Positions 49,577-58,610 of a stretch of 64,000 nucleotides of DNA are shown one piece after another. The DNA lies in NCBI GenBank assembly GCA_963732365.1, contig CAVSZC010000005.1, positions 1,834,777-1,898,776 on the forward strand. Reading direction: 5' to 3'. The notes beneath the pieces were generated by a model. That model was not told the DNA's origin. It was given only the letters and a program-made list of their open reading frames with translations, and did not search any database. Source of the stretch: an uncultured Bacteroidales bacterium (GTDB taxonomy: Bacteria; Bacteroidota; Bacteroidia; Bacteroidales; VadinHA17). The first letter of the stretch is position 1; the number at the start of each line of letters is the position of its first letter. A program made the translations under genes and the position numbers.

Positions 49577-50518
49577 TCAGGAGATGACGTTAATCACCAC
49601 TTTCCCTCCGGAATGTCCAAGTTGTAAATAGTTCATTGCTTCTGCTGTCTTTTCGAGCGGGTAGCGCCTGTCTATAACAGGCTTGAGGATACCTCGCTCT
49701 AAAAGTTTTGCCAGCAAATCCAGGTCAGTTATGTCTGCTTTTGCAGCCAATGACTTCATTTTCCTTGATCCTGAAGACAATGCCCAGCCAAAGAGCAATG
49801 ATTTGAAAATCTGTGACAAAGACCCACCAACCATGACGTAGGTTCCGTTTGGCGCCAGAATCCTTTTGCAGGCTATTAAAGGATAATTACCATTTACAGC
49901 CACGATAACGTCGTACCTTTTGTCTTTTTTTAAGAATTCCTCTTTAGTGTAATCAATAACATAATCTGCACCAAGAGATAATGTTTGCTGGACATTTCTC
50001 GAACTGCATACACCGGTTACCTCAGCCTCAAAGTATCTGGCCAGCTGGATGGCAAATGATCCAACACCGCCTGAACTGCCAATAATCAGCACTTTATGTC
50101 CTTTTTGAATGTTTGCCTTATTTCGCAGAGCCTGGAGAGCAGTCACTGCTGCCATAGGCATTGTGGCCGCCTCCTCAAATGAGACATTTGCAGGCTTGAC
50201 TATCAATGCTTTTTCAGGAGCTGTAACATATTCAGCAAGGCCTCCAAAGCCATAACTGGCAAGATCGCCCATCACTTCAGCTCCAGGTTTAAACAGAGCA
50301 ATGTCTTTCCCAACTGATTCGATCCGGCCGGCAATATCAGCCCCGAATATTTTTCGTTTAGGGATTAATCCCATTTTCATTGAACGGTAATCAGCAGCAT
50401 TCAGGGATACTGAATGGATTTTTATTAAAACCTCGCTATCCGTTGGAACGGGTTTTTCAACGTCGCAGTAAACAAGCCTGTCCGGATGACTTTTTTTATT
50501 ATAAACAATGGCTTTCAT
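49577..50518 (-). CDS. zinc-type/MDR NAD(P)-dependent oxidoreductase (quinone oxidoreductase-like)
   Basis: MKAIVYNKK start and the GSSGGVGSFAIQLA cofactor loop. Start set at 50518. Confidence 0.8.
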   Translation of the reverse strand: MKAIVYNKKSHPDRLVYCDVEKPVPTDSEVLIKIHSVSLNAADYRSMKMGLIPKRKIFGADIAGRIESVGKDIALFKPGAEVMGDLASYGFGGLAEYVTAPEKALIVKPANVSFEEAATMPMAAVTALQALRNKANIQKGHKVLIIGSSGGVGSFAIQLARYFEAEVTGVCSSRNVQQTLSLGADYVIDYTKEEFLKKDKRYDVIVAVNGNYPLIACKRILAPNGTYVMVGGSLSQIFKSLLFGWALSSGSRKMKSLAAKADITDLDLLAKLLERGILKPVIDRRYPLEKTAEAMNYLQLGHSGGKVVINVIS

Positions 50519-50543
50519 TTTTTCCATCTTGCAGCACACAGTA

Positions 50544-51458
50544 TTATTTAATATTCTCCGCTGAAAAGCTACTCAAAATATTGTTATAAAATTGTTTAAG
50601 ATCATCTGGTGACAATATCTGACCATGCCCTCCAATTACCTTTTCAATTTTATCCATCCTTGCTTGTATCCATAAGATAGCTTGCCTGGATCTTGCTTCA
50701 TCTATTGTTGTTGTATTAATACCCGGCCTGCCAAACTTTGAAAACAAATCTCCGGTAAAGATCAGTTTAAGTTCAGGTATAAAGATTATTATATCACTAT
50801 TTGAGTGGGATTTGCCAAAGTAGAACATTTCAAATGTAGTATCTCCGGTGGTAAGGGTCAGACTATCAGAGAATATAATATCCGGAAGTCTTGCAGGTAC
50901 ATTGTTATTCAGATCTGAATAAGCACTCATATATCTTGTTTTCTGAGTATAAAAGTCATACCATTCTTCACTGTTAGGAGTTGATTCAGAGAGTTGTCGC
51001 TCATAATCCCGGATAATATTGCTTAAGCTCGCCATCGATTCAGAACGGTTAGTCCATCTTTCAGATAAATCTACGGAACAGTTTTCGTGTCCGACTAACC
51101 TGGCATGTGTGAAGACAGCGTTCCCTCCGGCATGGTCATGGTGTCCGTGAGTGTTGATCACATAAATAAAATGATCCTTTTGAAGCACATTTTCAATTCG
51201 TTTCCTGTATCTGGACGTTAGTACAGTGGAAATTCCTGCGTCAATGACAACAATACCCTGGTCGGTATCAATTGCTGTAATAGCATCATATCCAAAATTC
51301 ACTAAAAGGGAGCGGCTGTTAATTCTTTGTACTCCAATTAACTGGTCAACTTTCTTTGGGTCAATGTTATCAAAGCTGTTTTGTTTTGCAGAACAACCTG
51401 ATAAAAGGTACAACCAGACACAGATTAATACGCTGACCAGTGATCCTTTTATACTCAT
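50544..51458 (-). CDS. MBL-fold metallo-hydrolase lipoprotein
   Basis: Lipobox LLSGCS and the THGHHDHAGG metal-binding motif. Confidence 0.8.
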   Translation of the reverse strand: MSIKGSLVSVLICVWLYLLSGCSAKQNSFDNIDPKKVDQLIGVQRINSRSLLVNFGYDAITAIDTDQGIVVIDAGISTVLTSRYRKRIENVLQKDHFIYVINTHGHHDHAGGNAVFTHARLVGHENCSVDLSERWTNRSESMASLSNIIRDYERQLSESTPNSEEWYDFYTQKTRYMSAYSDLNNNVPARLPDIIFSDSLTLTTGDTTFEMFYFGKSHSNSDIIIFIPELKLIFTGDLFSKFGRPGINTTTIDEARSRQAILWIQARMDKIEKVIGGHGQILSPDDLKQFYNNILSSFSAENIK

Positions 51459-51541
51459 TATCCAGGGAGGGTGTTTTAGGATGATTTGTACTGGGTTTCT
51501 ATCCCTGCTGGCTGTCGGGCCAGCCGAATCCCCTTAACTGC

Positions 51542-52084
51542 CTATGCTTCTCTGATGAAATAGAGTTTGTTGTCATCAACATTGTACAACAACGGTGCAA
51601 TCGTGATTTTCGGGTAGCGAAGACGGAGACGTTTGGTCTCGGTTAGAACAAAATCAGTCTCGCTGCCAATCTCAAACATAGGAGCATAATGAAAAAAATG
51701 CTCTTCAGCCCGATCTCTTTCCCAGCCGGCTGAATTGACAAGCCCGTCAATGAATTCATTCTTGCGTGCAATCAAATTCACCATACCGCAGTTGTTGTGA
51801 CCGATAAGAGCTATATGGCTCACCTTACCCACACCGATTGCATAGGAAACCTTAAATTCACTGTATCTTAAATTGGCACCGCCTGAACGTATTATGAAGG
51901 CGAAATTGTCAGGAATATGCAGATGTTTTCTGTTGTCCATACACATTCCGACAAGAATTTGTGCCTTATCATAAGCATCAAGCGGTCTGCCGAGGTTATG
52001 GTATTCCAGAAGCAATCCGATCGGAGTCTGCCTGTATTCCGGCAGGATATTGTCTACTGTGTTAACTGCCAACAGCCTGTCCAT
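51542..52084 (-). CDS. beta-class carbonic anhydrase-like protein
   Basis: CMDNR and HNNCG motifs (CxDxR ... HxxCG zinc site). Confidence 0.65.
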   Translation of the reverse strand: MDRLLAVNTVDNILPEYRQTPIGLLLEYHNLGRPLDAYDKAQILVGMCMDNRKHLHIPDNFAFIIRSGGANLRYSEFKVSYAIGVGKVSHIALIGHNNCGMVNLIARKNEFIDGLVNSAGWERDRAEEHFFHYAPMFEIGSETDFVLTETKRLRLRYPKITIAPLLYNVDDNKLYFIREA

Positions 52085-52209
52085 AATGTATCAGATTTGT
52101 GATTTAACTATCTGCAAATATAACTTTTACAGGAAGAAAAATATGATCAGGTCTGTTTTTATGAAACCAGGTTCACACAAAACTGCACGGTGAATTCCGG
52201 TAACTGAGG

Positions 52210-52896
52210 TCACGCATCTTTTCTCAGAACCTTATAAGTTTTTATCGAAAGAGTGATTATGCTAATGAGTATCCAGCATGAAATTATCAAAATTGCAACC
52301 AGGCTGAATGAAAAGTCTATATCAAACTGAAATTGCTGCTGCTGGAATTTCCATACCTGATCTTCTTTTACCATCACCCCCGTCAGTCTTAGAGGTATGA
52401 CCAGCAGACGGGAAAGGTCAAACTCAACTAATCCCCTTGTCGCAAACCAGGCAGTATTTCCTGATACAGAGATATTGGCACTGTCAATGTCAAACCTGCA
52501 GTCGCCCCATGATTCCCAGTCTGATTTAACCAACTGGGATGCAGCCTCATAGCCAATGTAAACTTCATTTGGCATTGTGCCGAGAATCAGTATATTTTCT
52601 CTTGAATAGAGCGACTGCATAAAAGTGTCAATCTCCTTCAGATCGCGTCTGGAATATCCGTCCTGGAACTTTTTTAGCTGAAGAATAATGGCTTTCCTTG
52701 CTGTATCTGGAGCACTCCCATCAGAATAAAAAGATTTGACCGGAGATAGAATTACCTTCTCATCAGCCCTTTTAAACTGCCTGGTTACCAGAAGAAGGAC
52801 AACAGCCAGAAGGGCTATTCTGATTATAATTCTCATGATGTCTTTCATAACCTTTGCGGTAACTTCAGCCTGTCTATTCACGTAATTCATTTGCAA
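52210..52896 (-). CDS. membrane-anchored NTF2/SnoaL-like-fold protein of unknown function
   Basis: N-terminal and C-terminal TM helices flank a roughly 130-aa domain whose pattern resembles DUF4440/SnoaL folds. Confidence 0.4.
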   Translation of the reverse strand: MQMNYVNRQAEVTAKVMKDIMRIIIRIALLAVVLLLVTRQFKRADEKVILSPVKSFYSDGSAPDTARKAIILQLKKFQDGYSRRDLKEIDTFMQSLYSRENILILGTMPNEVYIGYEAASQLVKSDWESWGDCRFDIDSANISVSGNTAWFATRGLVEFDLSRLLVIPLRLTGVMVKEDQVWKFQQQQFQFDIDFSFSLVAILIISCWILISIITLSIKTYKVLRKDA

Positions 52897-52949
52897 TATA
52901 TTTATTGTCAGTAATTTGTATTGATATTTTTATGGATCTGGCAGATATT

Positions 52950-53441
52950 TTAAACATAACGTCTGACTCTCTTCTTATATTCAAGATAATCGGATCCAAA
53001 AGCTTTTTCAAGAAATTGCTCTTCCGCTTTTATTATCATATGATAAACTGCCATGCTAAACAACCCAAGAACCAGGATTACCGGATTCAACAGAATAAGT
53101 ACAGAAGAGATGGTAATAAGGTCAAATCCCAGGTAAATCGGGTTTCTGCTGATCCTATAAAGTCCTCCGGTTTTTAGGGTGGTTTTATTGGTTGGTATAC
53201 CAAACCGGGTTGACCTGCCCAGGGTAAAGAGGCTCAGGACAGAGAACAGAAGACCAGGAACTAGTAATATGTATCCAATGACGTCCAAATTCAAATGAAT
53301 TGTTTCAGGCAGAATGTTCTTGTTCGTGAAGGATAATATTAAAATCATCCAGACGATGTATCCTGCTATTTTACCGGAGTAGAACAGGAGAGGGTTTATT
53401 GCCGGTTTGCCAAATACTTCCATTGCCTTTTTGTTTATCAC
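52950..53441 (-). CDS. ICMT/PEMT-type methyltransferase family membrane protein
   Basis: YRISRNPIYLG motif in a 163-aa polytopic protein. 4-nt overlap with the upstream methyltransferase gene. Confidence 0.65.
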   Translation of the reverse strand: MINKKAMEVFGKPAINPLLFYSGKIAGYIVWMILILSFTNKNILPETIHLNLDVIGYILLVPGLLFSVLSLFTLGRSTRFGIPTNKTTLKTGGLYRISRNPIYLGFDLITISSVLILLNPVILVLGLFSMAVYHMIIKAEEQFLEKAFGSDYLEYKKRVRRYV

Positions 53442-54478
53442 TCCTTCGGGCGCAACTGTTCATATATCAGATCAAAATTCTGCATTATAGCCCTGGCATT
53501 CAGGCTGTCAGGACCATTCTCAAGATACAGGTTATAATAAGTCCATGCATTTTCCTTATCCCCGGTCACCAGGTAGACTTCCCCGATCGTTCCGTATAGC
53601 TTTGAAGATTTCGGGAATAATTCTGCACCCATATTGAGAACAGCAAGTGCTTCAGGGTAAGCTCTTGCGCCGAGAAACTCATTTCCGAGAATTGTGAATA
53701 CTTTCTCAGAAAGATCGTATTGGGCTGTGTCTCCCTTAATCTCGTCAAATAGCTTCTTTGAGGCTGCTATGCCGTCGCTGAGGAGTGTCTTTTGAATAAG
53801 CTCCCCGGCCGATTTCTTTTTAACATCAGGATGAGGCTCAAGAATAAAAATGTAGTCATGAGGAAGTATTGTGTCAACCTTAACAAGTTCATAACCTGCA
53901 GTATAAGCACTTTTTTTAATACGCTCTGTTATGGTCGGAGGTTTTATGCCAGGTTTCGATCTGTCAATCCCAAATTCCCTGTCTATCTCTTCGTCACGAG
54001 GGTCAAGGATCACGAGTTTTGATCCCGGTCTCAGGCTCTTTTTAAGGTTTGTCAGCAGGTTGTCCGGGTTCTCAATCATATGGTAAACCAAAACCATCAA
54101 TGCCATATCAAGGGAATGGTACGGGAACAAAGGGTCTTCAGATTCCCCAACAACAGTTTCCACATTGGAAATATTCAACCTTCTGCAACGCCCCCTGAGG
54201 TAGGCCAGGGAAGATTCATCTATGTCATTTGCATAGACTTTTCCTTCTGGACCTACTTCATTTGCAAGAAGCACAGTGTACCTGCCGCGACCGGCACCTA
54301 TCTCACCGATTGTCATTCCTGGCTGAACGCCAATTGCCTTAAACACAATGTTCGGAGGTTGCCTCTCATTAATCTCTTTTTCCCAGGGCTCTGACATATC
54401 GTTCTGACCAAGCAGTCGAGCGCTCATGATGAAGAGCACTCCGGCAACTGCCATTAAATGCTGAAATGTCAACTTCAT
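53438..54478 (-). CDS. class I SAM-dependent methyltransferase with a C-terminal TPR-like region
   Basis: Signal/anchor sequence. Motif I IGEIGAGRGRYT. Confidence 0.7.
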   Translation of the reverse strand: MKLTFQHLMAVAGVLFIMSARLLGQNDMSEPWEKEINERQPPNIVFKAIGVQPGMTIGEIGAGRGRYTVLLANEVGPEGKVYANDIDESSLAYLRGRCRRLNISNVETVVGESEDPLFPYHSLDMALMVLVYHMIENPDNLLTNLKKSLRPGSKLVILDPRDEEIDREFGIDRSKPGIKPPTITERIKKSAYTAGYELVKVDTILPHDYIFILEPHPDVKKKSAGELIQKTLLSDGIAASKKLFDEIKGDTAQYDLSEKVFTILGNEFLGARAYPEALAVLNMGAELFPKSSKLYGTIGEVYLVTGDKENAWTYYNLYLENGPDSLNARAIMQNFDLIYEQLRPKE

Positions 54479-54609
54479 TTTTTTGTTTGTTAATACTGTT
54501 TGTTTAACGTAATTCTATATTTTTTTCGGAAATGATAACCTGAATCTTATGGTGCTGCTGGGTTAAATGCAGAGGTCAATGAGTTATCGCGTGACTTCAT
54601 AATCAGAAT

Positions 54610-55824
54610 CTAAATTGACCTGATAAGGTCATTCAAAGCATGGGAAATCTCAATAATCCGGTTGCAATCAACAATCCCGGTATTATCTTTTGGTGTGTGT
54701 GTGATATCCTGATCACCTATGTTATCAATGAACCATTTTGACGACACCGCAATAGCCGGAACACCAAATTGCAAAAAGATACTGTGATCGCCCTGGGGCC
54801 ATTGGACTCCTTCTGTTATTCCACTGTAATTACTGATTACTTTTTTGGTTTGCTCAAGTATTTCATCCGGCAGGTTAAAAAGGGAAAATGACGACAGTCC
54901 TTCACGGTACCCTGCACCGTCTATGTTTATATTCAGCAGCATCCTGCTGAAATCATTCATACTTGATGATATGTAATTCATCTGACCAGGGACAGCGTAG
55001 TGATCCTCCCCGTTAAGTGCAACAATTTCAATGAGTCTGTTGCCGTTAAAATCTTTGAGCAGGTCTGACAATAACATAAGTACAATCACTCCTGTCGCGT
55101 TATCGATTGCACCAGGAGTGCCTTTTTTGGCATCAATATGGGCTGTAACCACAATCTTTGGTGAGTTGCTGTTACCCTTTCTTCCGATGACATTGTAACC
55201 TTTCCCTGGTATCCTCTTTGACTCAGACTCAAGGAAAACGGTCTTCCCGCTTTTGAGTATGAGTTTTGAACCTTCTTCTTCAGTCATGTAGACAGAGGGG
55301 ATATCGAAATCACCATCTTCTATCAATGGGAAGGGGTATACTCCTCCTGCCAGTGCTGCATTTCTGCCGGTGGCACATATTATTGCTTTTGCTCCGCTGT
55401 TCTCAAGGATCGAGATGATTTTTTGATGCTCCTCCGGATTATAAAATACAAAGTTTTTTGGCATCAATTGCTCTCTGGCAATCTCGCCGAAAAGGAATAA
55501 TATCTTATTCTTTGCGTTAACCTTTGATAATTCTTCGATGGTAGACGCGGAGACTAATTCACCCTCACCGCTGAATCCATGTGAATAAGGGCTTACCAGA
55601 ACCTCAAAGCTTTCACCATCAGAAATGAGATTTGCTCCATTTTCCTCCCAGTCAAATGCTTCGAATTCAGCCATTTCTGTTTTCCATCCGAGCAGTGCCA
55701 GCTCCTTCTCCAGGAAGAAAGTGGCCTGCCTGTTCCCCTCGCTGCCTACACATCGCTCAGTAATATCCGTACAAAGAGTTTTAAGGTAGTCTCTGCATTT
55801 TAACAGTGAATGATTTTCCGCCAT
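54610..55824 (-). CDS. M28-family metallopeptidase
   Basis: VVTAHIDAKKGTPGAIDNATG and ALNGEDH metal-ligand blocks. Confidence 0.7.
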   Translation of the reverse strand: MAENHSLLKCRDYLKTLCTDITERCVGSEGNRQATFFLEKELALLGWKTEMAEFEAFDWEENGANLISDGESFEVLVSPYSHGFSGEGELVSASTIEELSKVNAKNKILFLFGEIAREQLMPKNFVFYNPEEHQKIISILENSGAKAIICATGRNAALAGGVYPFPLIEDGDFDIPSVYMTEEEGSKLILKSGKTVFLESESKRIPGKGYNVIGRKGNSNSPKIVVTAHIDAKKGTPGAIDNATGVIVLMLLSDLLKDFNGNRLIEIVALNGEDHYAVPGQMNYISSSMNDFSRMLLNINIDGAGYREGLSSFSLFNLPDEILEQTKKVISNYSGITEGVQWPQGDHSIFLQFGVPAIAVSSKWFIDNIGDQDITHTPKDNTGIVDCNRIIEISHALNDLIRSI

Positions 55825-55878
55825 AGAACATTATCCTTATTATTCTTATTCCAATATATGAATTTTGCAATGAGTGCA

Positions 55879-56358
55879 TCATGTTTCAGATCCTTTTCTG
55901 AGGTCCACTTTCATGAATAGTACCAGCAATACGGGGATGGCAAGAACAATAGCACCAAATGCAAGCAACAGAATATTACCGGTATTGACCCCAGGCTCAA
56001 GAAGGGACATGGAAGGGTCTGAACTGTTGTAGTAAACCTTTGGCTTTGAGCCTAAGGGATATTTTTCAAGAAATTCTTCTGCAACACTCCTGTTTTTTGT
56101 GTTGAAGCTGATATTGCTGATGGTGTTAGAACTATAATCGGCACTGTCAACAGTATATGAATAGGTTATTGAAGGGTAATACTTTACGGCACCAGCTACT
56201 TCTGAACCCGTTATCAGGCCAACTGTCGAAGACCAGCTATCAGTCTCTGCAGCTTTCTTGAACTTTATAAAACCCAAAAATGTCAGGCCTAGACCGAACA
56301 CGACCATTATTACCAGACCTGGTATATCTTGTCTTCCAATTACGGCTTTCATATTCAA
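55879..56358 (-). CDS. DUF3592-like membrane protein
   Basis: A TM helix, a beta-rich domain (GLITGSEV...YYPSITYSYTV), then a second TM helix. This is the typical DUF3592 layout. Confidence 0.55.
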   Translation of the reverse strand: MNMKAVIGRQDIPGLVIMVVFGLGLTFLGFIKFKKAAETDSWSSTVGLITGSEVAGAVKYYPSITYSYTVDSADYSSNTISNISFNTKNRSVAEEFLEKYPLGSKPKVYYNSSDPSMSLLEPGVNTGNILLLAFGAIVLAIPVLLVLFMKVDLRKGSET

Positions 56359-56540
56359 TTATTTTATAATCTATTTATTCCCAGACACCCTATGTGTAAA
56401 CTTACAGTCCTTTGATGTAATCAAAAATTGGAAGATAGTCCATTTTTGATGTTGCTGACTCCGGTTACAAAACTGTCTTGCGTGCCGGAGCCCGGGCACA
56501 CCTTGCGACAAACCTGTTAATATTATTGACCGTGTTATGT

Positions 56541-57605
56541 TTAGAACTTGCTTTTATTGTCTTTAAAATAGGTTTTAATCATCTTTCCGAAGGCTTTGTC
56601 TTTTCTTCGTTTTTCTGAGACAGACGCCTGAAACCATTCTTGTTCTTTCTGAATTTTTTGATAATTATCATAGGAATCTTTGTCGATAGTTCCATTGTTC
56701 AGTGCGTCAATAACGGCACATCCGGCTTCATTAATGTGTTTACAGTCAGAAAATTTGCAATTTATTGCGATGCTAACGATCTCCTGAAATGTCGTTATGA
56801 TCCCCTCCGTATTATCTGTCATGCCCAGTTCCTTCATTCCCGGGGTGTCAATAATGATACCTCCATTTTCCAGAACAAATAATTCACGATGATCAGTGGT
56901 ATGCCTTCCCTTGTTGGTGCTCAGACTTATTTGTCCTGTTTTTAATACGTTCTTTTTCAGGAGGTTATTGATCAAGGTTGATTTGCCAACGCCCGAGGAG
57001 CCAACGACGCAATATGTTTTTCCTTTTTGTATGAAATCCAATAACTGGTCAAGCCCTTTCAGAGTCATGTTACTAAGCTGGATATACTTAACTTTTTTGT
57101 CTCTTTTTTCAAGGGTGCTGATTGCTTCCTGAATATCATTTTCGGTGGATAAATCAATCTTGCTAATTACCAGAACCGGCTCAATATTAGCTGAATAACA
57201 TATAGCCAGGTATCTTTCAAGCCGGTTTATGCTGAAATTATTGTTTATAGCCTGAACAATAAACGCAACGTCAATATTTGCAGAAATGATCTGAGTCTCA
57301 CCAAATTTGCCCACAGCCTGTCTTTCAAGTACTGATTTTCTGGGAAGTATTTTATGAATAATTGCCTGATGCGAGTCATAGGTTGTCATTGCCACCCAGT
57401 CACCGACAGCAGGAAAATCAGTTCTTGATTTTGCTGCAAATCTTAAATTGCCGGTAATTTCAGCAGCATATTCATTTTCGCCATCTGAGACGACATATCT
57501 TTCCCGGTGTTCCTGAGTCACTCTGCCGATTGAAAAGTCAGTAAGTTGATTTTCTCTCAGACAGGTAGCGAGCCCGTCATTAAATCCGAGGTCAAGGAGA
57601 TTCAT
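56541..57605 (-). CDS. rsgA: ribosome small-subunit-dependent GTPase A
   Basis: Circularly permuted GTPase: ISKID (G4) precedes GSSGVGKSTLINNL (G1). C-terminal zinc knuckle CKFSDCKHINEAGCAV. Confidence 0.9.
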   Translation of the reverse strand: MNLLDLGFNDGLATCLRENQLTDFSIGRVTQEHRERYVVSDGENEYAAEITGNLRFAAKSRTDFPAVGDWVAMTTYDSHQAIIHKILPRKSVLERQAVGKFGETQIISANIDVAFIVQAINNNFSINRLERYLAICYSANIEPVLVISKIDLSTENDIQEAISTLEKRDKKVKYIQLSNMTLKGLDQLLDFIQKGKTYCVVGSSGVGKSTLINNLLKKNVLKTGQISLSTNKGRHTTDHRELFVLENGGIIIDTPGMKELGMTDNTEGIITTFQEIVSIAINCKFSDCKHINEAGCAVIDALNNGTIDKDSYDNYQKIQKEQEWFQASVSEKRRKDKAFGKMIKTYFKDNKSKF

Positions 57606-57631
57606 TTTTGTTCAGTAATGTAAGGATATAT

Positions 57632-58056
57632 GGATAACGATCTGGCAATAAAATTAGTAGTTGTTGCCTGACGCCGCACCTGACAGAGTCCGGAGATCCC
57701 TCCTCAGACGGGGCCAGAAAGTTGTCATGTGGCGACCCGCTCGAGCGCAGTGAGCATCGGCAGTGCAAGGACTCCTTCGCCAAGGCTTCGGAGTCCGAAG
57801 AAGGGAATTCTGTGCCCCGACGAAGTGAAGCGGAATCGGGGGTACAAGGCTGATCGGGGCAGGTAACAAGTCAAGGTACACAGAGTTTGTTAGTGGGCAC
57901 TGGCGCGATCGCGGTATAAGGTATTACAAATTTGTCTTGGGTGCAGGAACAAAAGCAAAAACCGTGACACCAGGAGGCCGCCAGCCACAGAACTGTCATC
58001 TTTATTCAGAAAATTCTCGCGGCACACATTCCAATGACATATACCGACCTGTTAGC
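57632..58056. other. GC-rich non-coding element E1 (425 nt), paralogue of 63333-63787, occupying the spacer after the last cassette ORF
   Basis: It shares with E2 the left end GGATAA-N6-GGCAATAAAATTAG, the CCTGACSCCGCACC block, GGCCAGRAA...GACCC, GTGCAAGGA, an 88-nt core (57895-57982) and the right arm CCAATGACATATACCGACCTGTTAGC. No ORF is conserved between the copies. Confidence 0.6.
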
Positions 58057-58072
58057 ACACGTTTTGTTTCTT

Positions 58073-58450
58073 TTATTCATTACAATTATAGACAAGGGAA
58101 TCCAGTAATGTTTTATTCGATGAGAATACATCTAAACTACCTGATGCTTTTACCACTGTATCTCCTTGTTGAATATTGTTGTAAAAGCCACCACATTCAT
58201 TAATGAAATGCACTTTTATTAATCTCTTGTCAATCAGGCTTCTGAATTCCACAGCTGGGTAGTTATGATTTGAATAGTCAAGATACTTTCTTTCAACAAC
58301 AGCATTTAAAGCTACCCCCTTCGTTCTATTCATTTCAAAACAAACTACTGATTCATTATGAATGAACAGTTCTGGTTTAACAAACCTTAAAATTATAAAA
58401 CCAAGTATCAGTGTAACAATGATTAATGAGTTTCTTGATTTGGGTTTCAT
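58073..58450 (-). CDS. cassette ORF: membrane-anchored protein of unknown function
   Basis: 125 aa with one N-terminal TM helix (LIIVTLILGFIILRF). Flanked by attC-like sequence on both sides. Confidence 0.5.
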   Translation of the reverse strand: MKPKSRNSLIIVTLILGFIILRFVKPELFIHNESVVCFEMNRTKGVALNAVVERKYLDYSNHNYPAVEFRSLIDKRLIKVHFINECGGFYNNIQQGDTVVKASGSLDVFSSNKTLLDSLVYNCNE

Positions 58451-58470
58451 CCACTTATTTTTAAATGTGT

Positions 58471-58599
58471 GCTAACGGTTGCGTGTATGACACGTTGGGG
58501 ATTGCGGGCTTCGTACGTATCCGCCGACACAAACGCTGATGCGGGACAGAACGCTTGATTTAACCACTTAAACCCCAATGTTTAATACACGATGTTAGC
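58471..58599 (-). other. attC-like recombination site (129 bp imperfect palindrome)
   Basis: Plus strand reads GCTAAC-GGTTG-CGTGTAT-GACACG-TTGGGG ... CCCCAA-TGTTTA-ATACACG-AT-GTTAGC. Paired R- and L-box-like stems are interrupted by unpaired bases, with a roughly 70-nt central region. Confidence 0.55.
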
Positions 58600-58610
58600 A
58601 GAAGCCATTT

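Noticed and set aside
56470-56530. attC-like site downstream of rsgA (CCTGTTAAT plus hairpin GTGCCGG-AGC-CCGGGCAC)
   Set aside because: There is no inverse GCTAAC/GTTAGC partner and no palindromic arms; the CTTGCG motifs are direct repeats. It is more simply read as a possible rsgA terminator hairpin, and even that is weak because the following T-tract is short.
57644-57900. RNase P RNA-like strings (AGAGTCCGG, CAGGTAAC, CAGTGCAA)
   Set aside because: These are only short chance matches. The universally conserved RNase P blocks (GGAAAGTCCGG..., GGTAAGAGC..., ACAGAAnCCGGCTTA) are absent. Two diverged copies between cassettes would also make no sense for RNase P.
57632-58056. ORF-less group II (class C, attC-targeting) intron as the identity of E1/E2
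   Set aside because: Some strings recall intron domain I (GTGGCGAC, GTGCAAGG, GAAGCGGAA), and the size is close to ORF-less IIC introns. However, neither strand has a GUGYG 5' end conserved in both copies. I could find no domain V hairpin (AGC/CGC triad stem with a GNRA loop) or bulged-A domain VI. There is no reverse transcriptase ORF. I keep it only as something for a covariance-model search to exclude.
57592-58203. Track ORFs inside E1 (57592-57783, 57654-57881, 57937-58203) as protein-coding
   Set aside because: The translations are low-complexity and Arg/Pro/Ser-rich. None has a counterpart in the paralogous element E2, which has no ORF of 60 aa or more. They also overlap each other on both strands.
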